Assembly: GCF_006345805.1 (NCBI RefSeq)
Contig: NC_043001.1
Span: 100,068,001-100,132,000 of the forward strand
Direction: 5' to 3'
Source of the DNA: Octopus sinensis
Taxonomy: Eukaryota
Length of the DNA: 64,000 bases
Below the pieces are notes generated by a model. It was not told the origin of the DNA and did not search any database. It worked only from the letters and a program-made list of their open reading frames with translations. Made by a program: the position numbers and the translations under genes. Positions 1 through 13,437 of this stretch are shown piece by piece. Within the stretch, counting starts at the first letter, position 1, and every line of letters begins with the position of its first letter.

Positions 1-382
1 ATATTATACATACATAATATATACATACATAATATATACATACATATATACATAAAAGAAAAAATAAGAAGGTTAACAGCAGGCTGTTTCACCTCATACC
101 AAAGAATTAGAAATGGCAGTCAAGAGACCGTTTTTCCATTTCTATAAGTGGAGAATCCAAAAACAAAGGCCCTTACGGCTCACATACACAAAACCGAGTG
201 GCAAATATACGAATTCAGTCACTTACCGTTAATAGCGAACATATGTTTCTGGATCGCAAACATAGAAATCAGTTTGAATTCCGTCATCGGCGCTATATTC
301 GATAGCTTTACTAAATGCCACTAGCCCTCACTTCTGACCCAGCGACATCAGATAGTGGGGGGAAGAGTGCAGATGTTAAAAA

Positions 383-546
383 CTAAGTGGCGACCGGGAA
401 CGTAAATTTTCCCTCCAAAATTCTGCCATGCCATATATATAATATATACATATATATATATATATATAATATATATATATACATATATATATATACATAC
501 ATATATATATATACATACATATCTATATATATACATATATATATAT

Positions 547-579
<33 letters not shown>

Positions 580-817
580 ATATCATATATATATACATAA
601 CATAATATATATACATACATATATATATACATACATATAAATACATATATATACACACATATATAACATACATATATATACACACATATAATATACATAC
701 ATATATATATATATACATATATACATATATATACGTATATACACTATACATATATACATATATATATATATATACATACATATACATACATACATACATA
801 TATATACATACATATAC

Positions 818-856
<39 letters not shown>

Positions 857-930
857 CACATACATACATGCATACATACTAATGCACACACACACACAAC
901 CATATATTATATATAATATATATATATATA
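383..930. repeat. Compound (TA)n/(TACA)n/(CA)n microsatellite block; representative of dozens in the window
   Basis: Directly visible low-complexity sequence; produces spurious Y/I/M/V-rich ORFs. Confidence 0.97.
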
Positions 931-1140
931 GTTAATCCAACATGAAAGCACAAAAAAAACACAACAACGCGAGGACATGGAACAAGTATAGTGTTATTGG
1001 GCGCTCAGGAAAGAAGGAAAGAAGGAGGGTTTAACGTTTCGAGCGGAGCTCTTTGTTGGAAACATAGGAGAAGGAAAGATCCCGAGAAGGGAAGACAGAG
1101 TAAAAAAAAAATCGCCAATGGTACACACACGGTCACATTT
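931..1140 (-). mobile_element. Penelope-like non-autonomous terminal fragment, family A, with decayed minimal HHR at 1029-1063
   Basis: Homologous to 35255-35660, 45480-45680, 7225-7320 and 18436-18523. Minus strand reads gttt-CCAACAA-A-GAGC-tcc-GCTC-GAAAC-GTT-aaac; core consistent with CpG decay of CCGACGA. Confidence 0.7.
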
Positions 1141-1149
1141 TATATATAT

Positions 1150-1432
1150 ACAGAAACACATATATATACTGGTGGCATGTAAAAGCATCATTTGAGCAAG
1201 TCGATGCCAGTACCACCTGACTAGCTCCTGTGCTATCGGCACATAAAAAACATGCACTACACTCTCGGAGTGGTTGGCGTTAGGAAGGGCATCCAGCTGT
1301 AGAAAACTTGCCAGATCAGATTGGAGCCTGGTGCAGCCTTCTGGCTTGCCAGTCCCCAGTCAAACCATCCAACCCATGCCAGTATGGAAAGAGATGCTAA
1401 ACGATGATGCTGCTGCTGCTGATGATGATGAT
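1150..1432 (+). mobile_element. RTE-type LINE 3' tail / derived SINE (GGAGTGGTTGGCGTTAGGAAGGGCATCCAGC...(GAT)n)
   Basis: Same motif recurs near 2250-2400, 7760, 8150-8270, 11830-12120, 24160-24250, 27940-28275, 35810-36290, 47110-47530 and 48831-49212; contiguous with RTE coding remnants at 11830-12860. Confidence 0.7.
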
Positions 1433-1475
1433 ATATATTTGCATACGTTACATAATATGTATAATATATAGGATT

Positions 1476-1697
1476 GTGAGCTGGCAAAAACGGTAGCACG
1501 CTGGGCGAAATGCGTAGCCGTATTTCGTCTGCCATTACGTTCTGAGTTCAAATTCCGCCGAGGTCGACTTTGCCTTTCATCCTTTTGGGGTCGATAAATT
1601 AAGTACCAGTTACGCACTGGGGTCGATGTAATCGACTTAATCCATTTGTCTGTCCTTGTTTGTCCTGTGTTTAGCCCTTGTGGGTAGTAAAGAAATA
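1476..1697 (+). mobile_element. tRNA-derived SINE, family S1
   Basis: A-box-like TGGCAAAAACGG, B-box-like GAGTTCAAAT, tail ending AAAGAAATA; at least 8 copies in the window. Confidence 0.9.
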
Positions 1698-2699
1698 AAT
1701 ATGTATATTATATAGAAGTGCATATGCCTTTGCATGTATTATATATGCATGATATATATTTAAGTATACAATACTCACTCACACACACACAAATACATAA
1801 ATATATAGATAGATATGTGTATATTATATTCTATACATGTACAAACACATTACATATCTAACATATATATACTGGATCTTAAGAACCTTCTGGTCCAGAG
1901 AACAAGGTGCCACCATTAGACTTTCCTCCTCTTTTGTACAGCCACACCTTGAATACTGAATGTCATAGGAAAGAATGGTAAGAGAGATTCTTCAAGCTGA
2001 GCAGGAAGGTAGAACCAAAATGGAAAGGATAATATCTATAGTCTTAGATGGCTATACTTAGGAAGCTGGGAGGAAAGTCAAATAATGAGTGCTTCTGATA
2101 GGACTTAATGGAGGAGGTGCCTGAGGAGGCTCCAGCCATGACCCACCCACGAATAGTGGGTGGAGAAAATGAAGGGATCGATATATCGATCTATTTAGAT
2201 GTAATGATCATTGTTGCCATCATCATTTCACATCCACTTTTGCATGCTTGTTTGGAGTCAGATGAATTTGTAGTGGCAGATCTTCTATGGCTGGACGCCC
2301 TTCCTATTGGCAACCCTCATCTGTTTTCAAGTAAGGTAATATTTCTTTCTCTCATAGCCAGAGACATGTTTTCCATGGAAGACTGGGTACAAACATCCTC
2401 ACCTGTATGAGGATCATGGTGTTCATTTACAATTATCACATGATGTTTAAATAAGGGTATGCACAACACACACAATATATATATATTTATATATATCATA
2501 TATATATCATACAGAGGTATATAATTGATTGAGAACAGAGTTAGGTTAGACAAAATGCAATTTGGCTTAGCAGGTAACTGAGTTTATTCATAGCAAGTCA
2601 AGGGGATGCTGTTAGTCTTCAGTCGGGTGATTTTTCCCGTTGAGCATATGTAATAACCAGTTCATTTCAAGGAAGTAACACTAAATCTTTTGATAAAAA

Positions 2700-3843
2700 A
2701 AAAGTGAAGAGATCGCTATAACAGACGATAGTGATCGCTATAACAGCCGATAGTGATGATGAAGCTGACATAGGCCGACAAGACATACTTTGTCAAACAG
2801 ATTTGGCTCACAAAAATGCTTGTTTTCCCCAGCTAAAACCTGAATTTAACAAAGTTTTAAATAAGGTAGGAAAAATTTCAAAACTTTTCCGTAAATCTCC
2901 TACAAAAAATGAAATTTTGCAAGATTTTGTACGAGCGAACTTTTAAACAGAGAATATAAACTTATACTGAATTGCAGAACTCAGTGGAATGGCACATTCC
3001 ATATGATTGAGAGATTTTTGAAATTGAAAAGCTGCATTCCAAATGATCTACGAGCAGAATTCCCACATTTGCCGTTGCTGACGAAGAATGGAAATCTCTC
3101 AATTTACTATATGAAATTCTGCATTCAGTAGAAATTATTTTGAAGGCTATTTGCACTGATAATACGGGTTTACTGAAAGCGGAATATTCTATAGAATTTT
3201 TATTGAATAAACTTAATATCGTCGGCAACCCTTTGGCTCTAAATCTTCGTGAAAGACTTATGCATAGATATAATAAGAGAAGAAATGTCGAAACCTTGAC
3301 TCTCTTGAGGTATTTACATAACCCAAGAAAATTTAAAGGTGAGTCAATTTCTGGACCTTTTCTATTTTTTAACGAAACAACATTTAACCCTTTGCTGTTC
3401 ACATTATTCTGCCAAAATTAATGCTTTTTTATCCACATTGTTTTGAATTAATCATGCATTATCTTGTAGCTATGAGATTTTGATGAGGTAGCTGTTAATT
3501 TTTAAAACGATATTGTAGGGTTGCTGTGAGAGACCAGATCTGGCCAGTTTGAACATAAAACAGGCAGAATACTTTTGGCCGGATATGGCCGGTTTAAATG
3601 CTAAAGGATTAAGGAAGTATGCTGAACAAACATATAGGAGATTATTTCCTGAACATGATGCTGAGAACACAACAGAATTATACAAAGAAAATGAAATAGG
3701 AGGGAACCTAAAAACAAGTGTTACTGTTGACCCATCTACTTATGAAGGTAATGGACTCATTCATGAATATACAAGCACAATGAAGAAAATGAATGAAGAG
3801 CCCAAGATGGTAACAGATGGATTTGAAATCTCTAAAGAATTCA
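2700..3843 (+). pseudogene. hAT-superfamily transposase remnant (frameshifted)
   Basis: KVGKISKLFRKSPTKNEILQDFV, then YKLILNCRTQWNGTFHMIERFLKLKSCI (hAT RW-motif region), EEWKSL...KAICTDNTGLLKAEYSIEFLLNKL; ends at SKEF where a MITE is inserted. Confidence 0.8.
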
Positions 3844-4108
3844 GGTACTATTTAAGAAGAGTGATCCCGGTGCGCGCACTCGCGTACTCGTGCATCCGCG
3901 CTAGCTAGTCGTGACTAGTCGATTCTACAACGACTAACTAGCAAAGTAAATAAAACACAAAATAAATAATTTTTTTACACAAAGTAAATGATTTTTTAAA
4001 AACAAAGTAAATAAAACACAAAACCACAAAGTAAGGATCGACTAGTCACGACTAGCTAGCGCAGATGCGCGAGTGCATGCACCGGGACCACTCTTCTTAA
4101 GTAGTACC
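3844..4108. mobile_element. 265-bp MITE with long TIRs beginning GGTAC (Merlin-like)
   Basis: GGTACTATTTAAGAAGAGTGATCCCGGT ... ACCGGGACCACTCTTCTTAAGTAGTACC; ~90-bp imperfect arms; no TSD visible (right flank probably deleted). Confidence 0.75.
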
Positions 4109-4181
4109 CGCGAAAACCGGTTTTGAGAATTACCTATACTTGAACTCGGTTTTGGGAATTATCGTTTTTTTGCGAGCCCTA
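4109..4181. mobile_element. Probable hAT terminus (TAGGGCTCGCAAAAAAACG on minus strand)
   Basis: TAGGG-type end typical of hAT TIRs, next to the hAT remnant, followed by (TA)n. Confidence 0.5.
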
Positions 4182-4233
4182 ATATATATATATATATATA
4201 TATGTATCTATATATATATACACATGTATATAT

Positions 4234-4332
4234 GGGCATATGGCATAGTAGTTAAGATTGCAGGCTACTAAGCCCAAGATTCCGAGTTTGATTTCAAGCA
4301 GTGACTTGAATAATAATAATATAATAATAATA

Positions 4333-4368
<36 letters not shown>

Positions 4369-4515
4369 CAACATCGGAAAAATACCTTAAGAATGAGAAC
4401 CCAAGCTAGAAATTTTCCCTATACACTTGATGAAGGTTGGAGAGTATATCAGCCGAAATGTTGCGTTAACAACAAACAAGATGAGGACAAATATCTGTTA
4501 AATGTAAATAATGTA
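4234..4515 (+). mobile_element. tRNA-headed SINE-like element with (AAT)n spacer and minimal HHR at 4423-4466
   Basis: A box TGGCATAGTAG, anticodon-like loop CTACTAA, B box GAGTTTGATTTC, (AAT)n, then acac-TTGATGA-A-GGTTG-loop-CAGCC-GAAAT-GTT-gcgt. Confidence 0.6.
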
Positions 4516-5617
4516 TGTATGTGTATATGTTAGTGTGTCTGTGTTTGTCTACCCAACATCACTTGACAACCGATGCTGGTGTGTTTACATCCCGTAACTT
4601 AGCAGTTTGGCAAAAGTGGCCAATAGAATAAGTACTAGGCTTACAACGAATAAATCGTGGAGTCGATTTGCTCAACTAATTGCGGCGCTCCAGCATGGCC
4701 GCAGTCAAGTGAGTGAAACAAATAAAAGAATAAAAGAACATATATATACATATGCATATACATATATACATATACATATATGTGACAAGCTTTCTCTACC
4801 AATTCTTCTGGAAAGCCTTTGACCAGCCTGAAGCTATAGTAAAAGAGTTACCTGAGGCGCCGCACAGTGGGATTGAACCTGAGACCACATGGCTGGAAAG
4901 CAAACTTAACTACACAGCCATGCCTGCACCTGATTATATAATCTGTTTGGAATTATTAAATTTTTGTTTCTAAATGTCTATTTATTTATCTTAATATCTC
5001 AGAAACTCCATTGGTAAGTATTCATTTAGCAAGCTTGTGAGCACTTTATCAAGTTATCTCTGAAACAATATCTCTAACTCGCTAAACCATCCCCAAGCTG
5101 CTTTATCCAGCCAAGTATTGATGGAGTGATAGCAAAACACCTACCTTACCTGACAAACTTTCAGTTTAGCTACCAAACTGCCTTCCCACTTAACTGTTTC
5201 TCCATCCGCTCTCTCTATTTATCTCACCTTTAACCCATCTGTTTACCTATTTATGTATCAACTTACCTCTGTAAGAATCTAGACAGGTAAGTGGATGGTA
5301 GGGCGTGAGATAAGGGTGGTAGTGGTGGTGGTGGTGGTGGTGGTGGTTGCTGTAGCATCCTTCTTTACCCAACAATTCCACCTGCTCTGTTATGAAATAA
5401 TTGTGAGGAGAGAGAGAGAGAAAGAAAAAGAGGGAGAGAGAGGGAGAGAGAGGAGAGAGAGAGAGAGAGAGAGAGAGAAATGTTGATTCTGAATGTGTGA
5501 AGCTTAGATAGAATGAGAGGAGGAAAGGGACAAAGAGAATGAGATACAAAAGTGGTGTGCGCACGTAGGGCATGTGTGTGTGTTGTGAAAGTGAATGAGT
5601 GAGTGAGTATACATATG

Positions 5618-5707
<90 letters not shown>

Positions 5708-6508
5708 TGGTGACAATGAATAGCGAATCATGAGCTTGTGTGTGTGTGTGTGTGTTTGTCTAAACAATAGCAATTAGTTGTGCTGAAAGGTATTTGATAA
5801 GCCAGCTGTGTAGACCAGATGAGAAATTGGTATTTCAGAATAAAGCATGATTATTGTGATGTCGGTTGGTGTTAGTGGTGTTGGTGGTAATAAGGCTAAC
5901 CACTATGGTGGTAGTTGAGATGCTATTGATATTGATGGTAAAATGGGTAGATGTGATGAGGTGTTGTAGTGTTCTGGAGGTTATACGATGATGTTCTTAC
6001 ACAATAACAGCAACAAAGGAGCTTTTGGAAACAGTGTGGTTGCTGTGGTGGCGGCGGCGGCGGCGGTGGTGGTGGTGGTGGTGGTGGTGGAGAGTTAGAG
6101 TAGATGAATGCAATACATTGTAAGTTTACAGTTTAGAATAATAGAAGTGGACAAGTGGCAAGAGAGACAGTTGGAGATTAGAGAGGAATAAGAAGCGAAA
6201 CAAAGAACATAACAAACATAAACAAATCCTCACCACCATCACCATCACCACTATCAACAGCAGCAGTAGCAGCAGCAGTAGCAGCTGAGAGAATACTAGC
6301 AATGTTGCAGCTATTGATGTGACAATTCTGCCTGAGTAGAAATGGCAGCCAGGAATTTGGAGACTCGTTAAGAGAGAGTGGTGGTGGCGGTAGTGGTGGT
6401 AAGGAAGGGGGGGTCTGGCTAAGGTAGAAGTTGGGAAGATGGTGGCGGTGGCGGTGGTGCTGCAAGCCTGGTAATATGGTGATGTTGATAGCCCAGACAC
6501 TGACTGAG

Positions 6509-6542
<34 letters not shown>

Positions 6543-6919
6543 TGTGGTAGCAATGGCAAAAGAACCACGGCTAATGACGATGATGGTGGCGGCAATGGTG
6601 AAGGAAGCGGCTGATTATAATGATGATAGCAGTGGAGGTGAGATGACGAAACTAACTGGTGATGAGGATGCTGGTGGTGCAAGTGACTGCAATGATGGTG
6701 ACAATGTTTGCAGCGATGATGGTGGAGGTAATTACAGTGGTGGTGGTGGTGGTGGCGGGGAGTAGGATGAGAAGGTGATGATGAGAAGATGATGAAATAT
6801 ATCAAGAAAACACAAAGTTGACGATGATGATAATAATAGAAAGTGCCAATATTAGAAGCAAAGTACGTGACTGGAAGATGGAAGAAAGAAGAGCCGTGTA
6901 GCAGGGTGGGGAGGAAGGT

Positions 6920-6951
<32 letters not shown>

Positions 6952-7156
6952 AACTGCCATCGTTAATGTTATGGTTGTAGTGGGAATAAGTGTTGACAGT
7001 TGATAGGAGTAAAATAATTAACCCTTAACTTGGTCATATACACACATTGTGTGTGTGTGTGTGCGTGTGTGTGTGTTTCAGTAAGATAAGAAGATACAGG
7101 AGCTATATGACTGGTGTAGGTGTGTGTTCTGAGCGTGAAAAGGGACACACACACAT

Positions 7157-7224
<68 letters not shown>

Positions 7225-7336
7225 AAGTTAATCCAACATGAAACACAAAGAGAAAACACAACAACGCGAGGACGTGGAACAAGTATAGTGTTATTGGACG
7301 CTCAGGAAAGAAGGAGGGTATATATATATATATATA

Positions 7337-7367
<31 letters not shown>

Positions 7368-8844
7368 TAATATATATATATATACACACACATATACACA
7401 CAAACACACACACTCACAAACTACACATACATGCACACACACTTATACATATATATATACATATACACAAACATACACACTCACAAAAACACACGCATGC
7501 ACGACAACATTGGTGTTTATGTGTATATGCGTAAGTTCTTCATGGAGTTCATGAAAACATTTGCTGATAAAGTATAAAAAGTTTTCGGCAATACCTGGTG
7601 GTCGACTGATTTAGTTTGCGCACCTGCATGATTACTTTTGAAATATTCATCTTTGTCGATGTATATACAATCAAGAGTGTGCACATTCATTTAAAAAGTC
7701 TCCAATGGAGAATCTGTTGAATCGCAGGACTGCACCAATGCACTGATGTCTTCTTTGAGATCCTTTTTTGGCAGCTGATGCCCTCCCTAATGCCAACCAT
7801 TCTATAGATTGTGTTGAGTGCTTTTGTCCATTTATGACAAAGGTATTGTAATGCACAAGGCTAATGCCCTAAAGTGTGGCCCCTATGACCGAGGGAAATT
7901 AGAAGATAGAATGGGCCTAGGTAGAGTATTGAAACGGAAAATGGCAGGGAAGAGGGAAGGGTTGAAAAGAAGGAAGAGATGAGATTGAAAAGATGATAGG
8001 GTGGGGGAGGAGGGAGGTGTCTGGAGCTATCAAACATTATAAGAGGAAAATGGGGAAATAAGCAAGGATGGAGATGGATTCTTGAAGGAAAGAGGGGGAG
8101 GCTCATGTGCAAAGGTCAGAGGAGGAAGATGAGATGGGATGTTGAGGAGCAGTTTTTCTGTGGTTGGATACCCTTCGTACCAGTTGCAAACAAGGTAATA
8201 TTTCCCCAAGACAGATATGTTTTCATGGAATATTGTAAATAAATGAAATTCATTTGCAACAAACACTCACTCACAAGCATACATACATACATACATACAT
8301 ACATACATACATACACATATCTACATGCACACAGACACACACACACACATACATACACATGCATGCATTTACTACACTGATGAAACTAGTGGTGACCTGT
8401 AGAGTAGAAGTGGACTTTGGTTTTTGACTGTTGAGTAATTAAAAGTTTTACTTAGAAACATATTTTACAGGAAGAAAAGAAAATTTTAAAGTATTAAAAA
8501 TCAAATTATCAAAAAAAAAAATGCCTGGAACTACATCACCGAGGAAACAAAGATAAAGGAAAAGGAAGAGGAAATTAAGGAGCAAAAGCAGCGGGGAAGG
8601 GTGTAGGCCCCGGATCAAATGGTGTGCTCCAGCTGTGCGTTATGGAGATAACTGCAAAGGCATTGACATGGGTAAGGGCCAGTGACCTTCACTGCAACTG
8701 CCACCACTTGAATATAAAAGGCAATTTACTTGAGCCTTAATGATGGAGAGGTTAAAGGAGCTTCATTAAGGTCAACATCTGCAATGTTCTACATGATCTG
8801 AATAGAAGAGAAAATAATACTTAGACATACACATATGTTATACA

Positions 8845-9517
8845 CAGGGCTGGATTAAGGCCCCATAGAGGCCCTAAGCACTTAAAAGATTTGGGTGCCC
8901 CCATATACACGTAATTCAAAATATAGACAGTTATAAGCCACAAAATAAAGTTTTATTTAACAAAATGAAACAAAACTTAAACAGGAAGATGGAAAATAAT
9001 GTTTATTTTTGCAAATTGTCTCTTTATTTGTCTTTGAAAAGTTTTTGCCTTCTCATTTTAATTACAAAGTCTTTGATGAAATCCTCACTTTGACACCATG
9101 AACACTTTGCAATTATATGTATGATCACATATAGCACTTCAAATATCATCTGAGCAAGTTTAAAGGGATTTCTTTTGTGCCATAAACCTATTTCTTTACT
9201 ACCCACAAGGGGCTAGACACAGAGGGGACAAACAAGGACAGACAAACGGATTAAGTCGATTATATCGACCCCAGTGCGTAACTGGTACTTAATTTATCGA
9301 CCCCGAAAGGATGAAAGGCAAAGTCGACCTCGGCGGAATTTGAACTCAGAACGAAACGGCAGACGAAATGCGTCTTCGCATTTCGCCCGGCATGCTAACG
9401 TTTCTGCCAGCTCACCGCCTTTTGTGCCATAAACCATTTACCATTTCTGTGGTGTCTCCTACTTCCCTTGGTGCCCTTAACACTTACTGTTTTTGTTTAA
9501 TGGTTAATTCAGCTCTG
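8845..9517. mobile_element. hAT-like MITE interrupted by a SINE
   Basis: TIR CAGGGCTGGATTAAGG / GGTTAATTCAGCTCTG; degenerate 8-bp TSD GTTATACA / GCTGTACA (6 of 8 match). Confidence 0.6.
9189..9418 (-). mobile_element. Full-length SINE S1 with 17-bp TSD
   Basis: CTTTTGTGCCATAAACC at 9172-9188 and 9419-9435 (the first C may belong to the SINE). Confidence 0.92.
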
Positions 9518-10108
9518 GCTGTACAACAGCTTTATTGAGGATATATTTGTTATTGCGATCAAAATACAGGGCGATGTCGATAATTTAAAGGAAGGCCTAG
9601 AAACCTACTGTACAACATCCAGAATAACCAAACTATGACTCTTCATTACACCATTTCTATAGACAGAAGCAATCTAGATACATTCTGTCTGTCTAAATTA
9701 ATAAATGCCTTCTTTACATGGAAACAGTGAATTCAACAGAGATATAAAATGCCAATGGTGGATCCACTCCTCAGTTGAGAAGCATTTAAATTTTCATTAT
9801 GCAAATGAAGTTGTATGCAAAGAAACCAACAGAATAAAACAAGAATCATTGACAAAGGTTAGACAAAGCAGCCGGTAGAGCCAGCAAGAGAACAACTGAG
9901 ACACACATTCAGTGCATAAAACCTTCACACCAACTGAACATTATAAACAGAACACATGAATCATATGCACACTGTCTATAAAAGAGATGAACAGATTATC
10001 AAAAACATTCATAAAACTGAACACATATTGTATTGCAGCCAGTCATAAACCAACAATAATAATATGCTATGAAAATGTTATAACTGAAAACGAATAGCAT
10101 TCGCTCAC

Positions 10109-10183
10109 CATTCCATTCCAAATTGCCAAAGATAGTAGCTGATTGTAGCACGGTCCCAAGCTGCTGATAATGTCCCCAAGGAC
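10109..10183 (-). other. Candidate isolated 75-nt internal exon (unassigned)
   Basis: Minus strand cttaat...aaattag|GTCC...GAATG|gtgagc; length divisible by 3, all three frames open; weak polypyrimidine tract; no recognised homology. Confidence 0.25.
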
Positions 10184-10429
10184 CTAATTTTACAGTAACA
10201 TTAAGTACATATGAATGTGAATGTGGGTATTTATTTATTCATAAGCCAAGCTGTATTTGTACTCTAGTAATTATGTAAATGAATTTGTGCTAAGGTACAT
10301 ACCTGCTTTACTGTTTAGTATGCGGCATCGAGCAGTACGAATATAAAAAGGGAAGTCTCAAACTGAAGCATAGACACACACACACACACACACACATATA
10401 TGTATGGATGGATGTATATATATATATAA

Positions 10430-10805
10430 ATGGAAAATAACAACAACAACCATAATAATAATGATAATAATAATAATAATAATAATGATAATAATAATGA
10501 TGATGATGATAATAATAATGATGATAATAATAATGATGATGATAACAATAATAATGATGATGATGATGATAATAATAATGATGATGATAATGATGATGAT
10601 GATGATGATAATAATAATGATGATGATAATAATAATGATGATGATGATAATAATAATGATGATGATGATGATAATAATAATAATGCATGTGCCTGGTGTA
10701 TCCTTTTCAAATGGGTAGTCATGATGGCTATACTTTACCCCAGTGTCTCTCTGATGGCATGCACTGCTCTCTCACTCAATAATAATAATAAATAATAATA
10801 ATAAC
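10430..10805. repeat. Mosaic (AAT)/(GAT) trinucleotide repeat
   Basis: Directly visible; gives spurious poly-N/D and poly-H/Y ORFs. Confidence 0.95.
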
Positions 10806-11344
10806 TACTGTTTCATATTTTGGCACAAGGCCAGTATTTTAGGCGCAGTGTATTCGTTGATAGCAGCAACCCTCAGTACATGACTGGTACTTTATTTCAT
10901 TGACCCTGAAAGGATGAAAGGCAAAGCTGATCCGAGTGGAATTTGAACTCAGAAAATAAAAAGCTAGAATAATAAGAGATATCAACAATAATAATAATAA
11001 TAATAATCAGAACCAGAATCCTAATCGTAATAAAAGAAGCCACTGGCAGCAGACATGTAGTGAGTCCAAGTGGTGGTGGTCATGCATTGGCACAGTTGTG
11101 CTGTGGCAACTGTAGCTGATCAGGGCTGGTCGTGTACCTGTAAAAGCAGCAGTCTTCAGCCCAGCATGAGCGCTCCTTTTTGCAGTCAGTCACCAGAAAA
11201 ACTCGATGCCACAAATGATCCCACATTCCATTTCAGGTGCAAGAAAGATGCTTAACTCATCAACCCTTCCACTGTGAGAGATCCTCTTTCTTTCAGGTAA
11301 TAAGAAAAAAGAATTAGAGTCGGTAGAAAAAGTTGAGAGAAATA

Positions 11345-11640
11345 CTAAATGTATGGAACGTTCTGAGCCAAGAACAGATTGTATAACGTATCTGTATGAA
11401 ATGCAGTGATGTATGGGCATTGAATGAAGAAGATGTGCCATGGTTGGGAAGAAATAAAGTGAGGATGGATCCCTAAGTGTGTAATGTTATTGTGCACAAA
11501 AGACAACAAATGAACTGAGTGGTACGGCGGAAATAGGAAGAACCAAGTGCAGCGACAGAGGACAATGGCGATGCTGGTGCAGATGTGTAATGCATGATAG
11601 GTGCAATGGGAAAGAAGATGCATGAAAAAGCAAAGGAAGT
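11345..11640 (+). mobile_element. RTE LINE C-terminal coding remnant
   Basis: Degenerate match to the SETWAL..EDM.RLERN...RWMCNV.VH.RQ region of RTE ORFs. Confidence 0.55.
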
Positions 11641-11829
11641 AAAATAGAAAAAAAAAAAAATCAAAGAAACTATGGGCAGAAGTTGCAAAGAGTGATCTCA
11701 GAAAGTTCAATCTCCATAAGTGGCAGGATGGTGTCTTGGAAGGGACACGTGCAACTCATGCAAGAATGGGGAAATGGAAAGAAAAATAATAATTATATAG
11801 ATGTTCATTTATGTATATACTATCTGTCT

Positions 11830-12169
11830 GTCTGTCTATCTATCATTTAACATTTGCCTTTCATGCTGGCATGGGTTGGACAGTTTGACAGGAGCTGGTC
11901 AGGCAGGAGCCTGTGCCATGTTTCTGTGTCTGTTTTGACATAGTTTTTACAGATGGATGCCCTTCCTAACACCAAACACCCCACAGAGTGGACTGAATGC
12001 TTTTTACGTGGCACCAGCACAGGTGAGGTCAATTTTGGCATGGTTTTACAGATGGACGCCCTGCATGCACTAGCAGGGTCACCAAGTAACTTGCAAGAAA
12101 AAAACCTTTGAGAGGAGAAGGAGCAATGGAGGAGGCAGTCTTGTGTCAGCTGATAAAATGTTAGAGAGT

Positions 12170-12215
<46 letters not shown>

Positions 12216-12860
12216 TCAAGAATGAGGGCAGAAACAGGTGTACTGCAGAAAAGGAGATACATGGTTACCCAGCCAGAGGGAAGAGCAAGAGGAAAAGAGA
12301 GAGTTGAAGACAGCAAGAAAGAACAGGAGAGAGATGGTGGCAAAGTGTTGGGGCCAAAGTGCTCACAAGGAATGGGGATCAGAACATAGATGGGATGGTA
12401 GAGAGAGATGGATGGTGGCAAGTGCCAGGGCATACCATCAAGGTATGGAGGTCATAATATAAGTGGCGGGGTATTGCCAAGCAAGCGTGAATAGGGAGTG
12501 GGGGTGGAGAAGGCAGTGACTGGTGAGAACTTGGGTATATAGATGGGGGACTATGGGATAGCAATGATGCAGTGAGCAAGTCAGGGTTGGGGAGTAGGAA
12601 ATAATCATAATGTATGCACCACATGTCCAAACCAATGTAGTCTTCCTTCTTCCATGCTACATTTGATTCCTCTTATGCCCAACTTTTCTCTCAACACATT
12701 TACACTTTGTTGTACTTGCGCACAGATATTGCACATCAAGTGGAGCATACTGCCTTCATTCCACTCCAGTCTATACATGTCTTCTGCATTCTGAGCCCTT
12801 GTCTCCCTGTTGTACACAAGCATCATACAGTCTACCTTTGCATTTTTGCAGTCTTTCCAG
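11830..12860 (-). mobile_element. RTE LINE 3' end (ORF C-terminus, purine/pyrimidine-biased UTR and tail)
   Basis: ORF 12605-12826: EWNEGSMLHLMCNI...VLREKLGIRGIKCSMEEGRLHWFGHV, continuous with the tail motif. Confidence 0.75.
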
Positions 12861-13184
12861 AACCTGTCTCTTTGCTTTTATAGCGTTGTCTACCTCCTTG
12901 TTCCACCTCTATGTCACCCTCAGCCTAGCTGGGACTTTGCACCAGCCATGTGTGTTTGAGGTAAAATATTTGACCTTCGCCCATCTAATACAATAAATGA
13001 ATTAATTGCATTGCAATTATAAGCATTTATGTATTTGGCATTTGAGTGCTTCACCAGTAGTATATTGGATAGCTGATATCCCATAGTGGGTTACACTCAT
13101 AACCCCTATCTCACTTTGTACTTATATATATATATAGACACACACATGTATACATACATTATATATGCACACACATATATATAC

Positions 13185-13437
13185 ACGTATACGTACCTAC
13201 ATATATATACGTATACGTACATACATATATATACGTATACGTACATACATATATATACGTATAAGTACATACATATATATACGTATAAGTACATACATAT
13301 ATATACGTATAAGTACATACATATATATACGTATAAGTACATACATATATATACGTATAAGTACATACATATATATACGTATAAGTACATACATATATAT
13401 ACGTATAAGTACATATATATATATATATATATATAAG

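Noticed and set aside
8520-8810. Possible exon(s) in unique sequence
   Set aside because: No consistent frame plus splice-site pair and no recognisable homology
11040-11140. Minus-strand exon after cttttacag
   Set aside because: No convincing donor or homology
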